NCBI GenBank assembly: GCA_004554775.1
Contig: SFKI01000010.1
Location: 23,184 to 87,183 of the forward strand
DNA length: 64,000 nt
Reading direction: 5' to 3'
DNA from: Subdoligranulum variabile
GTDB lineage: Bacteria > Bacillota > Clostridia > Oscillospirales > Ruminococcaceae
Numbering within the stretch: position 1 is the stretch's first letter; each line of letters opens with the position of its first letter. Below the pieces are notes generated by a model that was not told the DNA's origin, made no database searches, and was given only the letters and a program-made list of their open reading frames with translations. The position numbers were made by a program, and so were the translations under genes. Below, piece by piece: positions 53,204-63,400 of this stretch.

Positions 53204-53794
53204 TTATTCCGGTGCGGCCAGCACGCAGCGCAGGTTCAGCGCATAGCCTGCGGGCTCGCCCTGATTGTTGGTGGACTGATAGCCGGTGTAGTCCACGCCG
53301 GAAAAGACGCCGCAGCTTTGCAGCGCGCGCACGTAGGTGGGGATGTCGATGACGGTGTCCGACGTGGCGTTGAATTGCAGCACGCCGGTGGCGGCATCGT
53401 AGCTGGTGAACTCGACCGTGATGCCGCTGGACGACCCGGCAGCGTCGATGCGGTTGAGCAGGCTGCTGGTCAGATCGGGGTAGCTGTCCAGCAAAGCCGA
53501 GACGCCGTTGGCGTAGTCCGCCAGGCTATGGTAGGTATCAGCGGCCTGCTGATCCTGCAAGGATTGCTGATAGGGCGTCAGATTTTGCTCATCGGCGCAC
53601 CAGGCGCGCAGGTCGCTGGCCTGCCCGCGCATCAGCGCCGTATGCACGACCACGCCGCCCCACGCCAGCAGGCACCCCGCCACGATGATAATGCCCGGCG
53701 CGGCCTTGCGCAAAAACGCATTGCGCGCCGAAGTTTTCCCGGCCTTAGCGGCCTGCTGGTATTGCAGATAAAAGTTGTTTTGTTTTGTTGCCAT
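53204..53794 (-). CDS. pilN: PilN-like pilus assembly protein
   Basis: A short cytoplasmic N-terminus is followed by one TM segment (PGIIIVAGCLLAWGGVVV) and a periplasmic-type domain. The gene lies after the pilM-like gene. Confidence 0.55.
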   Translation of the reverse strand: MATKQNNFYLQYQQAAKAGKTSARNAFLRKAAPGIIIVAGCLLAWGGVVVHTALMRGQASDLRAWCADEQNLTPYQQSLQDQQAADTYHSLADYANGVSALLDSYPDLTSSLLNRIDAAGSSSGITVEFTSYDAATGVLQFNATSDTVIDIPTYVRALQSCGVFSGVDYTGYQSTNNQGEPAGYALNLRCVLAAPE

Positions 53795-53834
53795 TGTGAT
53801 GACCTCGCTGAATCTTTATATGCAGCATTTTCAG

Positions 53835-53980
53835 CCTGCCGCTTGCCGCCACCTTGCGGCGGCGCGCTCGAATATAATGGGCTACTTCCACTAGGCCTAC
53901 CTTTTTTGGTCACAAAAAAGGAAGGTCTTGCGGAAGTATGACGCTAATTCGAGGAACCGGCCGCATGGTGGCCGGTGACG
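53835..53980. repeat. Mosaic repeat block M15 (minimal T-D-T form), inserted between pilM and pilN
   Basis: GCCGCC-ACCTTGC-GGCGGC (53845-53863). The D hairpin CCTTTTTTGGTCACAAAAAAGG lies at about 53901-53928. A minus-oriented hairpin, CCGGCC-GCATGGT-GGCCGG, lies at about 53958-53976. Confidence 0.8.
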
Positions 53981-53995
53981 AAAGCGCGAAACAAA

Positions 53996-54889
53996 TTATC
54001 GCCCAATCAAGTTGCCTGCGGCCAACGCCACATCGGCCAGCTTCACCCCTTCGGGCAGCTTCACATTCACCGTCTCGGGGTACTCTGCGGCATCCAGCCG
54101 CAAAGCCTGGCAGGCGGGTGTGCAGGCAGCCAAATCGGCGGGGGTGCTGCCGCCGAAATAGACCGCCGTGATGGGGTGCTCGCTCTTGGCGGCAGTCTGG
54201 AACTGGATCAGGCCCGAAAGCTTCTGCCCGATCTCGGTGCCGGATGCCTGGGTCCCGCGGGGGTTAAACAACCGGCTGCGGGTCGAGTATTTGTATTGGC
54301 CTTCTTCGTAAAGCCCTGCAATCAACGAATCACCGTCAAATTGCAGCACAACAAAGCTCTGCTTTGCCAGGGCGGGGGTGGCACCCACCAGCTTGATCTG
54401 CCCGGCCAGCGCCAGGTCGATGCTGTGCAGTTTCAGCCCGCAGGCCGTGGCCAGATGGATGTAATTTTCGATGACCGCGCTCTCCACGCGGGTGGCCAGC
54501 ACGGTGTCGGCCTTGGACTTTTTGTCGGTGGAAAGCAGCATATAGTCGTCCAGCGGGGCGGTCACGTCGGCGCCGCCGCTGGAAAGCTCCCGCGTCAGCA
54601 CCGCCGCGCGCTTTTTCTCGTTCATGCGGGGCAGCGTCAGCACGCGATGGTTGAACTGGCTGCCGCCCGCCGCCAGCGCCACACGCTGGGTGGGCAGACT
54701 GTTGGCCGCAAAAAAGCCTTGCAGCGCGGCGGTCAACTCGCCCTCGTTGGTGATGATGCCGTTGATCAGGCAGCCCTCGGGCAGCTCGGTCTGGCACGCC
54801 GCCGTGAGCCTGGCCCCATTGGCCGCCGGCACCCCCACCGCCGCATACACGGTACGGTTGCAAAGATAAAGCGAGGTTAAAACGGGCAT
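53996..54889 (-). CDS. pilM: PilM-like (actin-like ATPase fold) pilus assembly protein
   Basis: 297 aa. Position is upstream of the pilN/O-like genes and downstream of pilC. The N-terminal region has weak PilM-like features. Confidence 0.55.
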   Translation of the reverse strand: MPVLTSLYLCNRTVYAAVGVPAANGARLTAACQTELPEGCLINGIITNEGELTAALQGFFAANSLPTQRVALAAGGSQFNHRVLTLPRMNEKKRAAVLTRELSSGGADVTAPLDDYMLLSTDKKSKADTVLATRVESAVIENYIHLATACGLKLHSIDLALAGQIKLVGATPALAKQSFVVLQFDGDSLIAGLYEEGQYKYSTRSRLFNPRGTQASGTEIGQKLSGLIQFQTAAKSEHPITAVYFGGSTPADLAACTPACQALRLDAAEYPETVNVKLPEGVKLADVALAAGNLIGR

Positions 54890-55012
54890 AGATATTTCTC
54901 CTTAGATAAGGTGGGATACAAGCTGGGTGGTTTCGGGCTTTGGGCCACCCCTTCGTCCGCTGCGCGGCCACCTCCCCTCAAGGGGAGGCTTTTAGAGGGG
55001 GGCGAGGAGCGC

Positions 55013-56224
55013 TCAAATCGCCCCGCTGGCTCCGCCGATGGTGCCGTACGATTGATAGATCGGCAAAATGACCGCTACAACGACAAACGCGACCACAATG
55101 CCCATCAGGATGATCATGGCGGGCTCCAGCAGCGTGACCAGGCGCTTGGTGGCGACTTCAGCTTCAAAATCCAGCGTTTCGCTGATGGTGGCAAGCAGGT
55201 CGTCCAGCTTGCCGGTCTCCTCGCCGACCGCGATCGACGACGCCATCGTCTGCTCAAACCCGTCCACCTGCGCCAAGGATTCCGAAAGGCTGCTGCCCGC
55301 GCGGACATTGTCCAGCACTTCGTCAAACTGGCTGATGATCCACCGGTTGCCCACGGCGTCGCGGCTGGCGATCAGCGTTGCCACGATGGGCACGCCGCTG
55401 GAATACAGGTTCGAGAGGGTCCGCGCGAAGCGGGCCGTGCAAATTTTGCGATTCAGTTTGCCGATGACCGGCGCGTGCAGCTGCAAGCGGTCCCACTGGC
55501 GGCGGATGGCGGGCTGCGCCAGCGCAATGCGCCAGCCGACCACCAAAAACGCGAGGACCAAAAGCAGCGGCACCCAGTTTGCACTGATAAAGTCTGATAC
55601 AGCGAATAAAATTGCCGTTGGCAGCGGCAGCGCTTCCATCTGCTCAAACATCGGCATGAACTGCGGCACCACAAAGCCCATCAAAATGGCAATGACCGCC
55701 ACGATCATTACCGACAAAATGATCGGGTACATCAGGCTGTTGCCGACCTGCTGGTTGACTTTATGTTCGCGGTCGTAGTAGCGGCCCATGCGCAAAAAAC
55801 TTGCGTCGATGCTGCCGGTGCCCTCGGCGCTGCGGGTCGTGGCGATCAGCAGCTCCGGGAATGCGGGCGCACACCTGTGCATTGCGTCGGACAGCGGCAC
55901 GCCCTTGCGCAGCTCTTTTAATAAGGTAGTGTACAGCAGCTTGCTACGGGCGTTCAGGCCGCGCTCGTCCGCCATAATGCGGAATGCACGCACCAGCGGC
56001 ACACCGGCCGAAAGCAGCGTGCCCAGGCTGCGGCAAAACTCGGCCAGCTCGGGCGTTTTCAGCGGGCGGTAAACACTGGCGGCCGGGCCGATCTCCTTGG
56101 CGTCGGTCATGTACAGGTTCTGGTCCCGCAGGGTGGTATACAGCGCTTCGGCACTGGCGGCCTCGCTGACCCCGTGCAGGGTCCTGCCCGACAGCGCCGT
56201 GGCTGTGTAGCGGTAACGCGGCAT
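55013..56224 (-). CDS. pilC: Type IV pilus platform protein PilC (T2SS F family)
   Basis: Two T2SSF repeats are present (...LSAGVPLVRAF... and ...LYSSGVPIVATL...) with 3 TM regions. The start was taken at MPRYRYTATAL. Confidence 0.9.
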   Translation of the reverse strand: MPRYRYTATALSGRTLHGVSEAASAEALYTTLRDQNLYMTDAKEIGPAASVYRPLKTPELAEFCRSLGTLLSAGVPLVRAFRIMADERGLNARSKLLYTTLLKELRKGVPLSDAMHRCAPAFPELLIATTRSAEGTGSIDASFLRMGRYYDREHKVNQQVGNSLMYPIILSVMIVAVIAILMGFVVPQFMPMFEQMEALPLPTAILFAVSDFISANWVPLLLVLAFLVVGWRIALAQPAIRRQWDRLQLHAPVIGKLNRKICTARFARTLSNLYSSGVPIVATLIASRDAVGNRWIISQFDEVLDNVRAGSSLSESLAQVDGFEQTMASSIAVGEETGKLDDLLATISETLDFEAEVATKRLVTLLEPAMIILMGIVVAFVVVAVILPIYQSYGTIGGASGAI

Positions 56225-56252
56225 GAAAAACCTCCGGTAATACGTTGAAACT

Positions 56253-57047
56253 TTATAAAAATCGGCAGTACCACGCAAGCACGGGCTCGCCGAAGAGCAG
56301 CGCCAGCACAATGCCGGCGCAGAGGAACGGTCCAAAAGCAAAGTGGTCTTTTTTGTCGGCTTTGTGTGCGGCCAGCAGGTAAATGCCATAAAAACCGCCG
56401 CCCAAAATGCCGAAAAACATCGCCAGCAGCGTGTGCTGCCAGCCCAAAAAAAGCCCGGCTGCCGCCATCAGTTTGATGTCCCCGCCGCCGAACGCGCCGG
56501 GGATCGCCAGGCAGAGCAGCAGCATCGGCACGCTGACGCACAGTGCGCCGACCACGCACCCGCCCCACCGGGCAGGGGAGAGCAGCAGCTCGACCACTGC
56601 CAGCACGGCCACCGCCGCGTTTAAGCGGTTGGGGATGAGCTGCGTTTCGGCGTCGATGAGCGCGATGCTGAGCAGCACGCCGCAGAGCGCCAGTGCCGCC
56701 AGCCCCTGCCACCGGATGCCGAACAGCCCGTCCGCCAGCGCGTACGCCGCGCCGAACCGCCAGCGGCAGCCCAGCGCCAGCACGCCGCCGAGCAGCTCCA
56801 CGGCCAGGTAGCGCGCCGGAATGCGCGCGCCGCAGTGGCGGCACCGCCCGTGAAGAGCCAGCCAGCTGAACACCGGCACAAGGTCGGCAGCGGTCAACGT
56901 GGCACCGCACTGCGGGCAAAAGCTGCGGCCTGTCAACGGATTTTTGCCGCGCGGCAGCCGCCAGGCGACAACGTTCATAAAGCTGAAAAGCGCCGCACCC
57001 AACAAAAACGCGATGAGCGCCAGCAGGGCCTGCGCGGCCAGCATCAC
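56253..57047 (-). CDS. pilD: Prepilin peptidase / N-methyltransferase (A24 family)
   Basis: The N-terminal Cys motifs are CPQCGATL...CRHCGARI. The protein is multi-TM with GGGDIKLMAAAG (catalytic Asp region). Confidence 0.9.
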   Translation of the reverse strand: MMLAAQALLALIAFLLGAALFSFMNVVAWRLPRGKNPLTGRSFCPQCGATLTAADLVPVFSWLALHGRCRHCGARIPARYLAVELLGGVLALGCRWRFGAAYALADGLFGIRWQGLAALALCGVLLSIALIDAETQLIPNRLNAAVAVLAVVELLLSPARWGGCVVGALCVSVPMLLLCLAIPGAFGGGDIKLMAAAGLFLGWQHTLLAMFFGILGGGFYGIYLLAAHKADKKDHFAFGPFLCAGIVLALLFGEPVLAWYCRFL

Positions 57048-57274
57048 GGGTTCACCCCGCTGTCAAAGCGGAGCCGCGGCTGGTCCTGCAGCCCACGGGC
57101 CTTTGCGCCGATACGATCCGACAGCATCCCGCCGCCCCCCCTTCTCTGGATTTTTACACAAATTAAAGTATACTGTAACCAGCGACATTTTGCAAGGAAA
57201 TTCGACAAGAAAGCACGATGATATTGTAACAGTGCGTGCCCCTGCGGCGGGGGCGCGCAAGCAGTATATTTTCC

Positions 57275-57303
57275 TTGCAACTTCGGAATCGTTATACTAT
57301 AAT
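57275..57303 (+). promoter_or_regulatory. Strong sigma70-like promoter for the giant pilin gene
   Basis: TTGCAA (57275-57280), 17 nt spacer, TATAAT (57298-57303). This leaves a leader of about 115 nt before the ATG at 57423. Confidence 0.55.
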
Positions 57304-57422
57304 AAACCCATCTATGTTGGAGAATTGCGTCGATTTCCGTCGAGAGCGGGGAGCGGCTTTGCATAGCAACGAACGAAGAGGTAACAAATGTGCTGCCTAT
57401 TATAAAGGAAGTTAAACAAAAA

Positions 57423-60400
57423 ATGCGCGCGGCCGGGGGCTTTACGCTGGTGGAGCTGATGGTCGTGCTGGTCATTCTGGCCATTCTGGCGGGGCTCGGC
57501 GGGGCCGGGCTGATCGCCTATACCCGCCTGGCGCGGTTTGAGCATAACGAGGCCAACGCCCGCACCGTTTTCCAGACGGCGCAGATCGCCCTGACCCGCA
57601 AGGACACCGGCGGCGATATGGACGATTTTCTCAAGCAATTGGCCGCAAACGGCACCCAGAACGGCCACTTTACCGCCGAAGGCCTGCAAGCGCAGTACCC
57701 CACCGGCGCCGAGGATAAGGCCAAGGAGCTGAATGGCCGCATCGTGGCGCTGTACTACGACAAGGACGCCCCCGATACCGCCGCCAGCCAGCAGGTACAC
57801 GCCCTGCTCGACCCGTATGTTTACGACGAGTCGCTTTTTAACGCGTCCATCGTGCTGGAGATCGACAGCCTGACCGGACAGGTATACTCTGCTTTTTACG
57901 ACACAGCATCGGCAAAAATGCGCTTTTCTGCCGACGGGGACACCGACGGCGCGACCCTTGTTGACGACCGCAGCTACACCCACCGCCGCGAAGCTTCGCT
58001 GGTGGGCTACTACTCAGCCGAGGATACCGTCAACGTCGTCACCCTGAGCCAGACCCGCCTGAAGGTCAAGAATCCGCAGCTCATCAACAACGAGACCCTC
58101 ACCTTGAACTGGAGCGGCAACAGCCGGTATAACGACCTGGACACCATCTACGACGCCGAATTTTACAGCACCACAAGCGGCGATACCCCACTGCTCAAGC
58201 TGGAAATTGAATGGAGTAAAGTTGCAGGCTACGACCAGAACGCCCGCATCAAGGTCTACAAGCAGTACAATGCGGCCACCCAGACCTGGACGGACAGCGG
58301 CGAGACCTACTGCTTCCCGCTCAGCTACAGCAAGGGCCGTTTTATCCTGACGCTGGACGCCATGTGCGACGCCACGTTACTGCGCGCGGCGGAAAATGAC
58401 CAGACCGCAGCCAAGACGACGCTGTTCAGCATAACGCGGCTGGTCAGCGGCGCGCAGGATATCTATGTCAAGATGAAAGCACGCCCCAACGATGCTTTTG
58501 CAGATGCCTGCACCGAGAGCAAGGAGGCGCAGTCCAACACCGAGAACACCCTGTTTGCCGCGGGCAGCACAGGAACCAACGCTGCACTGAAATATTTCCG
58601 CCACCTGTACAACCTGCGCTGGGTCAACAGCGGCACCTATACATGGAATGACGGCACGTTGCCCCCCAACGCCGCGACCACGCTGGACTGGACCGACGGC
58701 AGCGTGACCGTCTACTGCGCGGGGGAGAAAAAGAACGAATCCGGGCTGACCGAACCCGTCGCCAAGGTGCCCAGCCGCACCGGCGAGGTCGTAGCCTGGC
58801 CGACCATCCCCGCCGTGGGCGAAAACGTCACCCTGACCGGCAGTGTGAACAGCCTAAAAATTGGCGGGGGCCACGTCATCATCAGCAACCTGCAGCTGCG
58901 CGGCACTTCGGTCGCGGCGCAGGAGCGCAGCAGCGGGCTGGACTACCGCAAGCGGGATCACTATGTGGGCCTGATTGGAGAAAACAGCGGTACACTGTCT
59001 AAAATCACCCTGCGCGACCCCGATGTGCAGGTCAATGCCGAGGTCGTGGCAAACGGTCAACAGCTGCCCGATGCCATGCCGATCGACGCGGACGGCACCC
59101 GGTATTTGCAGCCGCTTGCCGAGAAAGACACGGCCTACCGCGCACAAATTTACGCGGTGGGTGCGCTGGCCGGTGTGGATACCGGCAGCGTGACCGACTG
59201 CACGGTCGACCGCAGCCGCCGCCGCGGGGCCGAGGCCAAGGTCACGGCGGCGCTGACGTTTGGCAGCCAAACCACCAGCACCGCCCGCATAAACGGAACC
59301 AACATTACAGACGAGCCGCACGGCATGGGCGGGCTCGTCGGCTTTGCCATGCCTGCCGGCGGGGCGGCGCTCAGCGACCTGACGCTGGACAAAAACGTCA
59401 CCGTCGCGGGCCTGTTTACCGATGCCGATGCTGCCAAAAACAGCGGCGCTACGGCCAAAATCAGCACGGATGCAGCTGAAAAAGCACGCTATAACGCTAT
59501 TACGGATACGACCGCCACAAAAACGCTTTGGCGCGCTGTCGGCGTGGGCGGCGTGGCCGGTGTGCTGGACGTCACCAACCTGACGGGCACGAACGGCGCG
59601 GTGAGCACCCTGACCGGCATCACCAACCAGGCCACCGTGGTGGGCAACGGCTTTGCGGGCGGCATTGCGGGCAACCTGTACGCGACCGGCGACCGACCCG
59701 CCACCCTGACCAAGCTGAACAACGCGGGCACGGTGCGGGCAGGGGCCAACTACCAGGGCGGCACGGCACAAAAAAGCACGGTGCTGGGCCAGTTCTTTGG
59801 CGGCATTGCGGGCTGTGCCAGCAACCTGCAGCTGCAAAGCTGCACCAGCGCTACCCGCAGCGGCCTGAGCACTGCCGCCCTGACCAGCCTGGTGCGGGCG
59901 GGCTACGATGCGGACGGTACGCTGAACGAGGAAAGCCCCCTGAAAGGCGATTTCGTCGGCGGTCTGGTCGGCTTTGGCCGCGATATCGCCCTGACTGACT
60001 GCCGCACCGAGTCCGGCCATGTGCTGGGCCGCAGCTTTGTGGGCGGCTTTGTTGGCGGCTTTGTGGGCAGCGACCTGCAAACGTCCGGCGGCGAGAACAA
60101 CAGCTATGTGTTCGGCAACCGCTATGTGGGCGGCATTGTCTCGGTCAACGGCAAAAACAGCACGATCAAAAACATGACCAACAAGGGCCTTGTGGCGGGC
60201 TTGGGCAAAGGTGCCGCCTACGTGGGCGGCATCGCAGGCGTCAACGATGCGACCTGGGGCTTGCTGGAAAACGACGAACTGACGAGAAAAATTGCCGCGA
60301 CCCTGCAGGACAGCGCCAACAGCATGTCCACCGTCGAAGCGACCGATAAAAACCGCATCGACCTGCTGAACCAGCTCAGCCAGACCGCGGACGGCACGGA

Positions 60401-63400
60401 GTACTATGCCGATTTTGTCGGCGGCGTGGCGGGCTACAACGGCACCAACGCAAAGATCCTTTGGACGGCAGAGTCCGAAAACGGCGCGACGCTGGGCGCG
60501 GTGCTGTACGGCAACAATTTTGTCGGCGGCGTGGCGGGCTGCAACGCCCCCACGGCGTCCATTGTAAACGAACATACCACCACCCCCAACGTGACCGGCA
60601 CCATTGTGGCGACCGGTGACTGCGTGGGCGGCGCCATCGGCCTGAACGGCGCGGCCAGCCTGCCCGCCGTGCAGGTCAGCGCCAACAAAATGGAGGGCGT
60701 CCACTTTGTGGGCGGCGTTATCGGCGCGAACCTGCCGCAAAATCGTTTCGGGTTTGACAACGCGGACGGCACCGCAGCCCCGGCGGCTACCATCGGCACG
60801 GGCAGTCTGGTTGCTGACGGCGTCGCGGGCGGCATCATCGGCTACAACCGCGTGGTGCCGGACAACACCCTGCAAACCGCGCTGGCAGCTGAAAATACGG
60901 CCATCGCCGATGCACTGCGCGCGCTGCTGCCGACGTTTGACGACACCACCCACGCGCTTGCAGAGGACGGGCTGACCTCGGCGGGCACCCCGGTTACGCT
61001 GACGAGGCTGAGCAACCGGCTCAACATCAAGGCAAACGCCTACGTGGGCGGCATCATCGGCTACAACGCGGCGGGAACCAGCCTTACCCTGACCAACGCC
61101 GTCAACGGCAGCCAAAGCAGCGCCCAGTCTTACGGCGGCCTGGCCCGCAGCGACCCGGCGGACGCGGCCAACGGCGGCGCGTACATTTTCTATAACGGCG
61201 TCCCGCTGGGCGCGCTTGACCCGGGCTGCAGCGGCTACTTTGCGGGCGGGATCATCGGCTATGCGACGAAAAATACGACGCTGCAAAACTGCACCAACTA
61301 CGGCAGCGTGCAGCACCCCGTGGCGGCAGGCGGCCTGGCGGGCGTCAACGATGGCACGATCTCCGGCGGCAGCATGCAAAATTCCATGGGCAGCCAGCAG
61401 GAGAACTACCGCTATCTCGGCGGCATCGCGGGTATCAACAACGGCAGCATCACCAATGCGGCCCCGGCGGCGGGCGTTACCATCCGCGGCGGCACGAACA
61501 TCGGCGGTGCGGCGGGGTATAATACCGGCACCATCCGCCTGACCGAAGCCACCGGCAGGGTCGATGGCATCACCGCCGTCGGCGGCGTGGCGGGGTATAA
61601 TGTGGGCACGATTGTTGGCAATGGCGTGGGCAGCAAGGCTGCTGTCCAGGTCAGCGGCACCAGCCAGGTCGGCGGTATAGCGGGCGTGAATGGTACAACG
61701 GGTCGAATCAGTACCAGAAGCATAGACGAAAAAATCACCCTTACCAGCGCGACCAGCGTGACTGCCAACAACGAGGGCGGCGGTGCAGCAGGCCGCAACG
61801 AGGGAACGATCTGCAATGTCACCAACGAGGCGGGCCGCGTCCATGTTGATAACCAGTACATGGGCGGTCTGGCGGGCCGCAACTACGGGACTATTGAGGA
61901 CAGCAACTATTATAATAACAGCACATCCACCGATACGCTGTATGCGGGCGGCGGTTACGCAGGCGGCATTACCGGCTGCAACGAGGCCGGGGCCACGATA
62001 GATTCCGTGGGCATCGGCGGTCATGTGACTGCTGCTAACGGCGAGGCTGGCGGCGTCACGGCTCACAACTATGGACATATCAACCGCGCTGCTTTGCTGC
62101 ACGTTTACGTTCACAGTACGTCCAGCGCCATTGGCGGCGTTGCCGCAGTCAACGAGTACGCCCCCGATGCCACCAGAAATCCGCAGGATGCTGTCATTGA
62201 GGACGTTACCCTGCGCAGTGATGACTACGGCGTGACCCTGTACGGCCCGGCTACCAAGGTGGGCGGCTTGGTCGGCTACAACGCAGGTACGGTCAAAAAC
62301 GGCAAGGTTGAAGCAAAAACCCTCGATTTCTCCCACCTGACCGCCACCGCCAACACCGTAACGGCGGGCGGCGCCGTGGGCGAGAACGTCGGCACTGTCG
62401 GCGCGGTTACGGTCGAAACCGACCTGACCCAAAACATGGACAAATATTGCAGCCTGGGCGGCGTTGTCGGCAGTAACAGCGGTGCTCTGGTTCAGTGTAC
62501 CTATCAGGGCGCCATCGGGGACGGCAGCGGCATCAACGTCGTCGGCAGCACGGTCGGCGGCATCGCGGGCAGCAACAACGGTACCGTGCAGGGCTGCACG
62601 GTCAACCACATTACGCTGCACGTGCAGGGCGCGTCCAACGTGGGCGCCAGCCAGGACGCTGCCACCAAGATGGCAAACGCCGCGCACATCGGCGGCATCG
62701 TGGGCCGCAACAGCGGCAAGTTCGAAAACAGCCTGATCGCCACCGACAGCACCCGCAGCACGATCACCGCGCATGGCGGCTTTGTGGGCGGCGTGGCAGG
62801 CTCCAACAGCGGCAGCATCACCACCAGCGGCGGCAAGGATACGAAGGCCCTCGTGCAGCAAATCAACGACTGGCTGGCCGTGCCCTATAAAAAGGATGCA
62901 GACGGCACCACCACCACCGAGGTGGATACCGCCGCCCGGAACGCCAACCTGAACGCCATGGTCCGCGTGCTGACCAACGCCACCTACACCGGGGATGCCG
63001 GCAGCAAGCCGCAGGCCACCCAGAGCGCCGACGAAGCTGCACTGGTGACGAAGTTCAAGGCCCTGCAGGGCGTGGATGAAGTCTCCAAGAGCAACACCAA
63101 AAACCAGCTGAAAATCACGCTGAAAGGCGGGGATACCCGGGGCAGCTTTGCCAACGGCTACCTGGGCGGCATTACCGGCTTTAACGATGTAACGGGACAA
63201 ATCTCCGACAGCGCCAGCGGCCAGTGGTTTGTCTACGCTGACAATATCAACCAAAGCTGGGGCGCCGTGGGCGGCATCATCGGCCAGAACGAATCCAACG
63301 CCGACTCCACCAGCGGCCTTGTCAACCTTGCTGCCGTGCGCCGGTTTGTGCGCGGTACCCAAAACACCCCCGACGACGACACCAACGCTAGCAACGACCG

